In this document: piece by piece, positions 1-15,045 of the stretch
Layout of the letters: each line of letters starts with the position of its first letter
Numbering within the stretch: position 1 is the first letter of the stretch
Assembly: GCA_030141605.1 (NCBI GenBank)
Contig: JAQGDQ010000749.1
Coordinates: 38,402 to 102,401, forward strand
Direction of reading: 5' to 3'
Length of the DNA: 64,000 nucleotides
Source of the DNA: Tubiluchus corallicola
Taxonomy: Eukaryota; Animalia; Priapulida
Made by a program: the position numbers and the translations under genes
Notes under the pieces: model-generated
Databases searched by the model: none
The model's input: the letters and a program-made list of their open reading frames with translations, nothing else
What the model was told of the DNA's origin: nothing

Positions 1-311
1 GGGATACGTAAGGGATTGTGGGATATGTAACGGATTGTGAGATAAGGGATTGTGGGATACGTAAGGGATTGTGGGATACGTAAGGGATTGTGGGATACGC
101 AAGGGTTTGTGAGATACGTAAGGGATTGTGGGATACGTAAGGGATTGTGGGATACGTAAGGGATTGTGGGATACGTAAGGGATTGTGGGATACGTAAGGG
201 ATTGTGGTATACGTAAGGGATTGTGGGATACGCAAGGAATTGTGGGATACGTAAGGGATTGTGGGATACGCAAGGGATTGTGAGGCACGTAAGGGATTGT
301 GGGATACGTAA
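1..311. repeat. 19-bp minisatellite running off the window
   Basis: Unit gggatacgtaagggattgt. Confidence 0.95.
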
Positions 312-1105
312 TTACATTTTCTGCTAACTTTCAGTACATCTTGTGTGTAAGACAATAGAAGTAAAATTCGAAATAAATGATGAATACCAGCCAGACTTTT
401 AAATACAAACACGTATATTGTAAAAAGCGGGTAGCAGCTTGTATGTATAACAAAACTTGTATACGAACGACATCTAGCCACGTGCACAATTAACTGACGT
501 CATATTACTTTGCGTTATTAAAAAAGTTAATTGTAAATTCGCCGTTACGGCTGAACAATAATGAGTGAAGCGTCACAGAACATAAACACACAGAATTTAG
601 GAAATGAACTGTTTGCTTTGCAATTATGTTCTTATAATGTAGCAAGTAACATTGAAGAATCTGACTAATTAACGAGGAAATTAAAAGATTGCGTAGAATT
701 GGGTCACTAGGGTGAGCCACTCATATTACTTTCACTGTTTTCTCTCCTTACCCTGGAAGAGAAGGGCATTCTTTTCACGCAAGCCCCTAAGATCGTTCCT
801 CCTCTTTCCTTATCAAAACCCGTGCAAATTGGGGGGGGGGGGGTGATTCATAAACAGTATTACCGAGGATATTATTTCCTTTCCTAAACTGGTAAAACAG
901 GCATGAAAGAAAAAAATGTTTGAAAAAGCGCTTAATGGGACGCGATCTTTAAGCCCTTCAACGGACGTTATTATGAAATGCGTAATTACGTCGCTCTATT
1001 GTTTTCATTTCTGATTTGCGAAATTTTTTTAATAACGAAATTGTAGAATGAGTGTGAATGTAAATATGACGCTCTGAGGTGTAATTTAAAATGTTTTCAT
1101 TTGAC

Positions 1106-1530
<425 letters not shown>

Positions 1531-2096
1531 CAATACTACGCTCGTATTTATGGCGTTGCAAAAGATTCTGTTAAAGTTTTTGTCATTCCTAGGTCCGCCA
1601 TCATAAGATACACATACACCACAATTGTGGCTGGGTCCGCCATCATAACATACACATACACCACAATTGTGAAACCGAGCAATTTTCTACTTTGCTCTGT
1701 ATAATTCTGTTGTTACTACCATTGTGGATTTGCTCCCAGGCATGCATAAACATTTTCCCCTGGTTATGGCTTAACAAAACCATCATTTTCTACCACTCTG
1801 TTATCTTGCACTGACTACGTAGCCAGAAAAAACAGTCTCCGATTCACTCGGCCGCTGCTGCTATTATACGAGTCAGGTAAGTTCAAAGTCTCACAGAATT
1901 TTCTCACAGGGGTTGTCTCTCACAAGGGGGAGTTTCCCCGTGCATTTGTCAAGAATTTCTTTCTTATCTTGACTTGTCGTTTCGACAAGAATGGGAGTAG
2001 GTATCTTCACAAAGCATCTTGTCTTTGCAAACTGCCAATACGTTTACAGTAAGCTTAGTGTTTAACGAATCCAGTTAAGATTGTAAATGTACGGTT

Positions 2097-2264
<168 letters not shown>

Positions 2265-2545
2265 TTTGGGTATACTTCAGTTTATACACAATTAATATGT
2301 AATTACAGCACTACATAATACTAATTTAATACTTGGTTTGGGGTGGCTGATTCGATAACTAATGTCCCTCGCCACCCCTTCCCATTTGTTTGGCTTTTTG
2401 TTTATACCTATTTTTCATTGTATTGTTATTGGGATGAAAAATAAATGATTTTATTTGATTTTATTTGATTTTAAAACTTTCACGTTCGAAATAAACGGCG
2501 CGTCCGCTGTACGCGACGTCAACAAGTCAAAACATTTTCCTAACG

Positions 2546-2833
2546 CAGGTGTGGGGAAAAGTTCTTAAAGACTACCAGGTGTGGGAAAAGTCCTTAAAGA
2601 CTACCAGGTGTGGGAAAAGTCCTTAAAGACTACCAGGTGTGGGAAAAGTCCTTAAAGACTACCAGGTGTGGGAAAAGTCCTTAAAGACTACCAGGTGTGG
2701 GAAAAGTCCTTAAAGACTACCAGGTGTGGGAAAAGTCCTTAAAGACTACCAGGTGTGGGAAAATTTCTTAAAGACTACCAGGTGTGGGAAAAGTTCTTAA
2801 AGACTAGCAGGTGTGGGAAAAGTTCTTAAAGAC
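2546..2833. repeat. 29-bp minisatellite x10
   Basis: Unit caggtgtgggaaaagtccttaaagactac. Confidence 0.94.
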
Positions 2834-3128
2834 GAACTGTAGAAACTCGCTGTTTTACAATTGCTTCTCAAACAAACTTATTTGACAATTTGACATTTAC
2901 GACAATTTAAGGTGATCTTGCGTGACACTTATAATTGTAAGCTTTCTGAGTTACGAACTATTAAATTTTCATATTTGTATGAAAACTGACAGCACGAGAC
3001 AACGAGAATGAAATTTAGCTGATGTCGTAAAACCATTTTGCAGCTCTGCATCATTAAACACCTTGTATAGCTGTTTCGTTTCTGAGCAATTTTTCTGTCT
3101 CCTAGCAAAACCGTTACGTACCAAAAAC

Positions 3129-4860
<1,732 letters not shown>

Positions 4861-5160
4861 AGTTTCTCTTTCAGTCTCGCCTCCCTTGCAGGGCTCACAG
4901 TACATAATGAATTTCATGCCCCAAATAAAAAGCTTGTCATCAGCTCAATGACAGAGCGTTCTATCCAGTTTTTTGACTGACAGCTAGCGTAAATAAGTTG
5001 CTTGAATAAGTTGCCACAGTTGAATAACTGCTTAACTGAAAGCGGGTATTGTGTTATACACCGGCGTGCTCAGTGAGTTGACGCTTGTGCCTAGGTTAAC
5101 ACGTGCACTTGAAATACTCGTGTGAACGGGGCATAATCAACGTTACGTGATGGTTATACA

Positions 5161-6046
5161 GTGTCTCGTTAATTAAAATTGAAGTGTCTCGTTAATTAAA
5201 ATTCAAGTGTCTCGTTAATTAAAATTCAAGTGTCTCGTTAATTAAAATTCAAGTGTCTCGTTAATTAAAATTGTATGTGCAGTTAATTAGCTATGCACGT
5301 GGATGCTTCGCGTTTTTAACTACATTATAGGCAGCTTTTTAACCTATACGTTATGGTAAGCCTATATTATTAATACCCATTTCATTCGATTTTATATTAT
5401 ATGCCATGTGTTAACGCTATACTGTTTTCATTATGTGTTAATGCTCCAATGTGTCTTCGTAAGAGAAATTACGGAAGCTTTAACAGATAATCCGGGTTTT
5501 TTCTAAATATGAGTAGGCGTAAGATTTGGAGTTTATAATTGGGGTTAAGTTTAGATCAGATAGGGTAAACTGATAATTAGATCTGATCTATGTTAAACTA
5601 CAATTTAGCATAAAGTTTAGATCAGATAGGGTAAACTGATATTTAGATCAGATCTATGTTAAACTACAATTGAGCTTAAAGTTTAGATCAGATAGGGTAA
5701 ACTGATATTTAGATTTGATCTATGTTAAACTACAATTTAGCATAAAGTTTAGATCAGATAGGGTAAACTGATAATTAGATCTGATCTATGTTAAACTACA
5801 ATTTAGCATAAAGGTTAGATCAGATAGGGCAAACTGATATTTAGATTTGATCTATGTTAAACTACAATTTAGCATAAAGTTTAGCTCAGATAGGGCAAAC
5901 TGATATTTAGATTTGATCTATGTTAAACTACAATTTAGCATAAAGTTTAGATCAGATAGGGTGAACTGATAATTAGATCTGATCTATGTTAAACTACAAT
6001 TTAGCATAAAGTTTAGATCAGATAGGGTAAACTGATAATTAGATCA
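5161..6046. repeat. 23-bp x5 (5161-5272) and 66-bp x~7.5 (5547-6046) minisatellites
   Basis: Units gtgtctcgttaattaaaattcaa and taaagtttagatcagatagggtaaactgataattagatctgatctatgttaaactacaatttagca. Confidence 0.93.
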
Positions 6047-7346
6047 AATATTAAGATCAAAGTGATCTTGTCAAAGTTAGAATATAACGCATACAGGGGA
6101 AGAATATATCTATATTTATATGATGTCTGTTATGCAATGCTGAAATGTGCAAAGCGTGCATGGGTTTACTGACAAGAGTTTGCTGATTTTATCTCGACGG
6201 AATTTCACCTGTTCAGTAGCCTAACATGATAAGATAATGTTGTTCACAATGCCAGGACCTGCTACCCTGGGGGCGTGTCAAAGATTTCGCTAGAACAGTG
6301 TAATTATAAACCGAACATTGACGCTTCTATCTCAGCAGATCTGCGTACAGAAACTGCAAATTAACTAAGATGTTAAACTCGTGGGTTTTAAATTATGTAG
6401 GTGGCCTACATTGTTCATTGTAGCACATTGTTCATAATAGGATACATTGTTCACAGTGCATGGGCCTAGTTCGTAAACAATTTAACATTGTTTATTTTAT
6501 CGTGAATGTAAACAAGTGTTCCATTGAACGGAAACTGAAATCAGAGATGATTTGTTGGTGTTTCGTCACGTTCATTTGACTTTGATTTGACAGTTTTTCT
6601 TCTGGTTTACAGGCTCTGGTGTTTAAAAGTTGTTTTTCTAGTTAAACAAGTCTTCCCGGGAATGTTGGGCTATGTTTTCCCGATCCTGTCAAAATGTGAA
6701 TAACGTCTTTGTTTATTTAATACGTAATCTTCATTCAAGACAAAAATAATTCACTCGGGTTTTCTTATTATTACTTCTCTTTTACTTCGCTTTTTCTTTT
6801 TCTTTTCTTTTTCTTCTTATTTCTCTTCCATTCCCCTTTCTTCTCATTTCTCTTCCATTCCCCTGTCTTCTCTTTTCTCTTCCATTCCCCTTTTTTCTCT
6901 TTTCTCTTCCATTCCCCTTTCTTCTCTTTTCTCTTCCATTCCCCTTTCTTCTCTTATCAACTTTTTGTCCTTTGTCGTCTGCTCATTTTTTCTTATCTTT
7001 TGCATCCTGATATGACCTGTTTAATTTAATATAAGTTTTTCAACATAATTTTATTTCTTTTTCACTTCACTTTATTTTATTTTTCCTGTATTTCTCTAAA
7101 CCTTTTTCAGGGAACAAATCTGCACCTTTCCAAGTTTTCACCTGTAAAAACTAGTAACCTCTAATCCCTATCCTTGATAATGGAGGTAGAACAAGTTTTA
7201 TTATAATCATAATAGCTGTGTAATGACAACTCGCTGCCATCAATATACAAAACCAGGTTTTGATGCTACAAGATGGCGCTGTTTATCCCATAATAATTCA
7301 CTGTTTGTATAAGACATCAAGTCTACTGTATGTGTGAAACAGATTA

Positions 7347-7801
7347 CCGTATTTTCCCGTGTATAAGAGACCCTTGTGTATAAGAGACCCCTTCAATTTT
7401 TAGGCAAAAATTCTGGAAAAAAGTTTTTTCAGACGGACATTTTTAGAGGGTAAAGTACAACTTTTTTCAACTCAGTGCGGTACTGAAAACAAAATAAAAC
7501 CAGTTAATGTGTTGTAGAAAAAGAGTTCTGGTATATATTAAAGTGCGTACCTGCAAACCTGTAACAGGAAAAGAGAAAACGAGGAGATAGTGCCTGTGTC
7601 ACGATGCTTGTATTGCTTACAACCGCTTCATAGTCGAACGCGACACGCAAAACAGTTGTAGAGCACTTATTTCTTTAAAATCATTAGTGTCACAATTTAT
7701 GCATCTTATTGAAAAGACTTACTCCCATGTATAAGAGACCCCCTATTTTTAAAGTGAAAATTCTGAGCAAAAAAGGGTCTCTTATACACGGGAAAATACG
7801 G
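7347..7801. mobile_element. Tc1/mariner-pogo (Tc2-like) MITE
   Basis: Perfect 27-bp TIR ccgtattttcccgtgtataagagaccc, TA on both sides, internal copies of tgtataagagaccc. Confidence 0.88.
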
Positions 7802-7908
7802 TATGCTTAATTTAAGTTTAAGCGCGTCCAAATTATGTTGTCAAAACTCAATTCACTCAATTCACATTCGGGACTTTCACTTTTTCAACTATACTTACAA
7901 AGACAAGA

Positions 7909-8370
7909 AAATTATGTCCCAAAAAAATTTCCAAGCAAAATTATGTTAATTAGCATTTCGGTTAACATGGTGGAAAGACTTATGTAACTAGAAAAGAAAA
8001 TTATTAATAATTTAAAATGCTTTCACCAATTTGTAAAATGTCGCTGACTCATCCTCCAGGGTGCACCACTCACTAGCCAAAAACGTATTTTTAATCTTAT
8101 TGACAAGATACAGTAATTTAAAATTTTACTTAGTTAGCAACATGTGCGCTACGAATGCTCTGATTATTTTTTCAAACTTTACACAATGTTATCAAAACTT
8201 GTTTCACATGACTTATCGTCAAAATGGCTGCGTATAACAGTCATCGCACGGGAGTTCAAACTTACATGTTTTATACAGCGTTACTGCCGACGCAAGTCCC
8301 GTAAGCAAAAAGGCAAAATGTGTGTGGTATAAAATTTCAAGACGAATTTTTTAAGGTTTCATGTAGGGCT
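7909..8370 (+). repeat. Dispersed repeat; inverted copy at 18895-19343
   Basis: e.g. tcgctgactcatcctccagggtgcacca vs tggtgcaccctggagggtgagtcagcga. Confidence 0.8.
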
Positions 8371-8564
8371 TTATAAAACAAACCTGCAGGCCCGTGTGGT
8401 ATCTTTGATCAAGTCTAGAAAATGATTTAGGGCAATTTATGATGATAAAACAGAAGCTACATCCTATTTCATTCTTTCTGCGTTGTCAACATATACGCTA
8501 TTTTTTTGGGGGGGGCAAGAAATATCACTTGTATCGTTACCCCCCCCCCCCGTTGCTGCACCTC

Positions 8565-9165
8565 ACACATTCCTGCCAGAAAGCGAATTCGCATCGAAGT
8601 GAACTTCAGTATTTCGAATTCGAATTGAGTTTGAAAGATTTTCGAACAAGTTTTCGAACCACCAGTAAAAATTAGTCTTACAATGATCATGCATATTGCT
8701 CGATTTTGTTCTGCAGTAAAAGACGCCGTTTAAGATGGATTGGGCATATGCTTAGACTACCTGATGACGTTCCAGTGAAGATAGCTCTTCAACAAGCCAT
8801 AGAACCAGCTAAAAAACCTGCAGGAGGACAAATGTTAACATATTTTGATTTTGCACAGAAAAATTTAAACACTTCAGCATTGATCCTTAGAAATAAATGC
8901 ACTTGGAGCATTGCAGCGTGTAGGGAGTCCTGGCATGGGGAGGTGAGCAGAATCATGTCCCTGGACGAGTGATTCATTGTAGAAGAAGAAGAAGAAAACC
9001 ACTAATAATTTGTTTAAAATTTTGCACAGAAATCACAGCGAAACTACGCTAATTGCATGACGTTTAAAACGTTCTAGTGGCAAGAACGTATGTGATTGAA
9101 CTACTGAATTATTCGAATCTATAGTCTTAGGTTCGAAGTAAATCGATTCGAATCGAATTCGATCG
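8565..9165 (+). repeat. Dispersed repeat rich in TTCGAA motifs (second copy 24762-25110)
   Basis: Shared cacatt...gaattgagtttgaaagattttc...tttgcacagaaa...ttaggttcgaa between the two loci. Confidence 0.75.
8722..8994 (+). mobile_element. 5'-truncated RTE/RTEX-like LINE nested in a dispersed repeat
   Basis: RRRLRWIGHMLRLPDDVPVKIAL...W..AA.R.SW translation, (GAA)n tail, aaaa on both sides; the host repeat is uninterrupted at about 24955. Confidence 0.8.
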
Positions 9166-9752
9166 TTCTCTCCTACTCACAATGCGTGAATTGCAGAACA
9201 AAAAGCACTGAACACGACGAATCAATTTTAACAAAACTCCAATTGTTAACGCTCTGATGAAACTAAGTTTTGCTACAGGAATTAAATTAACTAAACTAAG
9301 CGTCGAAATGTAAATTGATTCTTTGTTGGGCCTGGACTAGTTATCCGCGCGTTCAGATCAACTAAATGAACCCAAGCAGGTGGTCCATAGACTCTCAACT
9401 GACCAGTGAAATTACAGAAGCGATTGTATCAATGAGTGGTGATGACCTTGACTCAAACCGCAGGACATATGCGGTGTAGGTTAAGTACGGCTACTGTTTT
9501 TATTATGTGAATGCGTGTAGGTTAAGTACGGCTACTGTTTTAAATTAATGCAGGCGTTCAGCTGCTCATAATTAAATTGAATGGCATTTTCAAGATGAAC
9601 AGAATGTGAACGAGGAATTACTATTATGAGTTGAAAACGTCACAACTAAACCTCGAGTCATTGCCAAATGGAGGAGGCATTTCAATATTGTTTAATAAAC
9701 CATCTCTAGGTCTAAATAGCGCTAAAAACTGTAGCATAGCAGATACGTAGCA

Positions 9753-10370
9753 GAGACAGGATGATTTTTCATGTACTACCCCATTTTCAAGTCTGATAAA
9801 AAGTGTACGCTTTGACACGATTAATACTGCAAAAGCGTTTCCGATAATAAAACAACAGATTAAAAACCTAATTAATGGGGGCAAACCCAGCTAATAACGA
9901 CATCACAAACTAACACAATTTTCAACAGCAAAAATGTTCCACGAGCGTGTTGCACGTGTTTGCGAAAGTGAAAATTGAAATACAGTGCTACTGTAAGATA
10001 TTCAGTATGTTGTACTGAAACTAGGTAAGTTTTAAGATAAAAATTCAAGTTCCAAATTTACCGCTATGCTCAAGCATGAGCTGTTGAACGCGTGTAGTGA
10101 GTCATAAACTAACACTTCTGAACTGAGAGGTACAGCAGCTTTTTGTGCAATGCGTTTCCGAGGTGCAGGCGCTACGCCCGTCTAGCTAGCGAATTGCGAA
10201 ATACTAGTAACAGTGAAAAACTAGTGACGCGAACGTGAAATTGTGTTTGTGTGCTAATAATTCTTTCACGTAAGTCATTTTTTAAAAAAAATAGTATGTT
10301 TCCTTTCAATATTTTAAAGACTAGATTGCTTTGACCTACAGTTTAAGATTGGATCCGGTTTTGCATAAAA
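9753..10370 (+). repeat. Copy of the 40563-41082 dispersed repeat
   Basis: Colinear similarity. Confidence 0.65.
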
Positions 10371-10474
10371 AGGAAAATGTTAATATATTAAAAACAGCAA
10401 TCAGGCCTATCATTCTCAGAAAAACAATATGATCATTAGGTGTGGATAAGGGTGTGTTCATTGTGTTGCTTTAA

Positions 10475-10933
10475 CCCTTTCATACCCGTTGTAGCCCATG
10501 GGATACGAGAATATTTTCTGCCCTTGAAATTAATAAAATTTTAAAACTAACAGTTATTTGATCTGTTAATAGTTATTTTGATTTAAGCCAATAACAATAG
10601 ACTAAAAATGGTGATAAAATGGCAAACTAGAAAATCTACATAGCATAAAAAACTGCGCAAGGTACAGTACTTTAGAGACGACTTTGTACAGATCAGCATA
10701 GTATGCATACTAAATGTCTTAAATACTTTAAAAAATTATCAGCAGTTGCAAAATGAAGCACATTTTATGCTTCCATTGAATGCCAATGTATCCCGTGGGA
10801 TACAGGCTATATTTAGCACGCGGGCACAGGTAGAAAAAAAATAATTATTATGTGTAAACAAGATGGACATACTGAACAAACGTACCAAGCCAAAAAAATT
10901 TTCTTATTAAAAAATAAATTGGGACTGAAAGGG
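10475..10933. mobile_element. piggyBac-like MITE (copy 1)
   Basis: TTAA flanks, 13-bp TIR ccctttcataccc / gggactgaaaggg (2 mismatches); near-identical copy at 40112-40558. Confidence 0.85.
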
Positions 10934-11458
10934 TTAACGTGAATAACACGTTATATATATAACATTTATACGACTCTCTCGTGTTGACTATTCTAAATAG
11001 GCTGTATAATATGAACGGAGTCTGACAGTAACAATGCCTTATTGTGACATCCTTAATGTTTGATGTTGAACAAGAGGATACACAAGGGCCTATTTGTCTG
11101 TGAGATTACGTGTGAACCATCTTGGATAATTGCCGTGTGAGCTTTAGAGCGGGAGAGGAAGGAAGTGGGGGCAGAGCTAAAGCCTTGTTCAAACCAGGGT
11201 GGTGTAAACACAAACACGGGTGCACAATAGATACACCCAGTACGAGTAGTTCGTCACAAAAACCAGTTTCTCACGTGCGGCGAGTCATCGATTTTTTATA
11301 CACAAATAGATCATGACAGTAATTAAGTTTAATGTTTGAAGGAACATGTTCTGATTTTACTGTAACTCACTGAAATTATTGTCAGAACAACAACTTTATT
11401 ATTAAGAAAATTCGCGTTTAAAATTCTGAAAACAAAGTTCAACGCTTTCAGCTGTAAC

Positions 11459-12069
<611 letters not shown>

Positions 12070-12245
12070 GCTGTAACTAAAACTTTTGCTTCTGTATACG
12101 GAAAATATATCTACTTTTACGCAGGTTGAATTTTGGCAGTTTTTGAGTTTTTTCGGGAACTTCAGAAGATCCACTTGGGCAAAATTATCAACCTCAAAAC
12201 GTCTTGACTGATAAGTGGTCAATTTCAATGTACGGTAAGACTTAA

Positions 12246-12793
12246 AGAAGACCGGGTGATTGTTTAGACTCAATCTCATTCGAATTTACTGTCCAAAATA
12301 CACATTTTCTTGCCTATAAAAGTTAGCAATTGTTCCTTATATTTGGATAATTAGCTTAGAAAGTTAATTAACGGCAACCGAACACAGCTATTGTTTACGT
12401 CAGAAACTAACCACAGTTTGTGCAATGGCAGGCGTCTTCCCTTGCTCATCAAGCACATTTGCATAGGTGTTACAGTACTGTTTAAACGCATGATGTGACA
12501 AAAAATGGGCTTTACATCATAAGACTTCAGAAACTAACACTGCAGTTCATCAACATGCTTATCACGGTACCGCCTTCTATTTGCCGGCCACGCGCACGTA
12601 ACAAAAAGGTGCTGCTACCAATCTTAGTAGATTCACGGAGCTGCGCGTAGCTTTGAAAGTTTAACGAAATTTGAGTATCCGAGGTAATTATTATTTAACC
12701 CAAACTTTGATTTAAAAAAAGCTGTTGTAGTTTTCAATATTTTAGAGCATTTCATATTCTGAATTAATGTTTACACAATCATCCGGTTTTCCT
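12246..12793. mobile_element. TTAA-flanked Kolobok-like non-autonomous element (copy 1)
   Basis: TTAA on both sides, AG...CT termini, imperfect ~19-bp TIR agaagaccgggtgattgt / acaatcatccggttttcct; second copy 43169-43713. Confidence 0.72.
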
Positions 12794-13271
12794 TTAATAC
12801 ATCGAAAATCTTTCCAGTAAAAAAACGGGCGGCCTATGTAAAAAATGCATGCAATAGTTATGCAAAAAGTCACTCGTAATGCAACATCACTATTTTAATG
12901 ATAGGTTACCTTCAGTTTTCACCACCATTAAAACGATGAAACAATTTCTATATGATCAAAACTGAGTCATTCTGTTCGAGTAACTCAGCGCAGTTCCGCT
13001 GCTTAATTGCTCACAGATAAAAAAAATTTACTGAATAGAATTCAACAGCCGTGATTATTTCGCATCACGTAAGATGCATCCTAAAACGTGAATGAGTTAA
13101 ACACGGTAATACTGCTGCGAGTTCTCAACTTCGGAATGAAAAATTTATCATAATTAACGATTCTAAGATAGGTCTTGTAAGTTAAAGGTCTTATAAGGTC
13201 GCAAAATGTTGTACATAATAGTATCTGCTTAGAATCAGCCTTGTTATCTAGTTTACTATAAGTATAACTAT

Positions 13272-13626
13272 ATATTTTATTTCACACATCAAAAAATGCA
13301 ATATCAAACACATTAATAACTTTTAAATAAAATAATTTGAGTAGTGCGAGGTGAGTGTATGATACGGGCATTAACACACTCACCTTACTTAAATGCAAAA
13401 ATGATTATAGTTATGCATGCTTCTGTAAATAACTTAATGTAAATAAGGATGAAGTAAATGATGTAATAATTTGAGTAGTGTGAGGTGAGTGTATAACCAT
13501 ATGGTCACACACTCACCTTACTTAAATGCAAAAATGATTATAGTTATGCATACTTCTGTAGATAACTTAATGTAAATAAGGATGAAGTAAATGATGTAAT
13601 AATAGCAATGGTATAAGCGCAATAAA
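13272..13626 (-). repeat. Dispersed repeat with internal ~135-bp duplication and hairpin; opposite-orientation copy at 59746-60105
   Basis: aggtgagtgt...acactcacct stem-loop twice in each copy. Confidence 0.75.
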
Positions 13627-14670
13627 CCTGAAAGTTGAGAAAGGAAAACATAATATGTAATTACGATTTTGAGTGAGCCTTAAAGAGTGAAAAAAAATTT
13701 TAAATAGTTACGAATATGAATTATGTGATCATCTGTCAATGCACCACTTACTTGTATTACAATGCACCATCTTACTTACTTGTATATACAATGATATACT
13801 TTACTTACCAGCATATTTGTATGGCTGATCCGTAACTATACTAAAATACCTGTAATTATAATACAGGTGTCTAACATAAGGAGACCCGTATCTGTTATCG
13901 TACCTGTGTAGCATTTATATGCACTGGCAGTCGTGTGTTAGTTGTTACCTGTTGTACTTTATTGAATTCCATTAATCATACGGAAATTAATATAATTATC
14001 AAGGTATGCGGGTTTATTATATGCACTTCTGGTTTGCATAATCTACATGATTTCATGAACCCTGGCAGATTTCTTTATACGTTTGCAAAAGTTCATGCTG
14101 TTTCATGGAAATTGTTGTGCAACCAAGTTAAGTTATGTACTCAGTACAGTATCATATAATATATATATAATAATCTTTATTTGCCATTAAAATACGTTGA
14201 TAATCACTGATAAAAACTTTACAGAGATGATCAATCAGTGTTAGTTAATAAAAACTTACACTGCTAAAGGCAAATGCGTCAGTGCAATCTAAACTACTGT
14301 GCAGTAATGGAAAGTAACGACGAATAAAATCAAACGTATTTAGAACTATGCACAAAAAAATGAAAAAATTATGATTAATTAATATGGCCGTGGGTATATG
14401 AATTATGAATTAGTGTGTATGTTGTCGTGCTGGTGTGAAGGTATTTCATATCTGGTTAATATTAGTGATTTTAATTTTGTTTTAAATGCTGATAGGGACT
14501 TGATTTGTTTAACCTGTAATGGTTATATGCGATATGCTGATGTGTAAAAACACGAAATCTATACGGTTACTTGAACAGCCATGCAGACAGTCTGAAACTT
14601 TTTTATTCTTAGCTGTCATTAATAGTTCTTAAATGTATCAATAATTGCGTTTTGAGTTTTGAAATACTTT

Positions 14671-14976
14671 GAATTTTCACAGCCAATGAGCTTTTGTTAT
14701 TGAATTTTTACAGCCAATGAGCTTTTGTTATTGAATTTTTACAGCCAATGAGCTTTTGTTATTGAATTTTTACAGCCAATGAGCTTTTGTTATTGAATTT
14801 TCGCAGCCAATGAGCTTTTGTTATTGAATTTTCACAGCCAATGAGCTTTTGTTATTGAATTTTTACAGCCAATGAGCTTTTGTTATTGAATTTTTACAGC
14901 CAATGAGCTTTTGTTATTGAATTTTTACAGCCAATGAGCTTTTGTTATTGAATTTTTACAGCCAATCAGCTTTTGT
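14671..14976 (+). repeat. 31-bp minisatellite x10 (acagccaatgagcttttgttattgaattttt)
   Basis: Period 31 from 14679 to 14958. Confidence 0.95.
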
Positions 14977-14990
14977 TGTTTTTTTCAGGA
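14971..14990 (+). promoter_or_regulatory. 3' splice acceptor of the Kekkon-like coding exon (exon starts about 14989)
   Basis: ttttgttgtttttttcag|ga 57 nt upstream of the ATG, implying an upstream non-coding exon. Confidence 0.6.
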
Positions 14991-15045
14991 CTGTTCAGCT
15001 ATGTCACTGCGACATGGGAATTGAAGCGTAATTAATTAGCAATGA

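Noticed and set aside
751-815. Minus-strand GKRRNDLRGLREKNALLFQG followed by GTAAG as the next VSP exon
   Set aside because: An in-frame stop lies just upstream, there is no phase-0 acceptor, and the spacing to FQG is wrong; probably chance.
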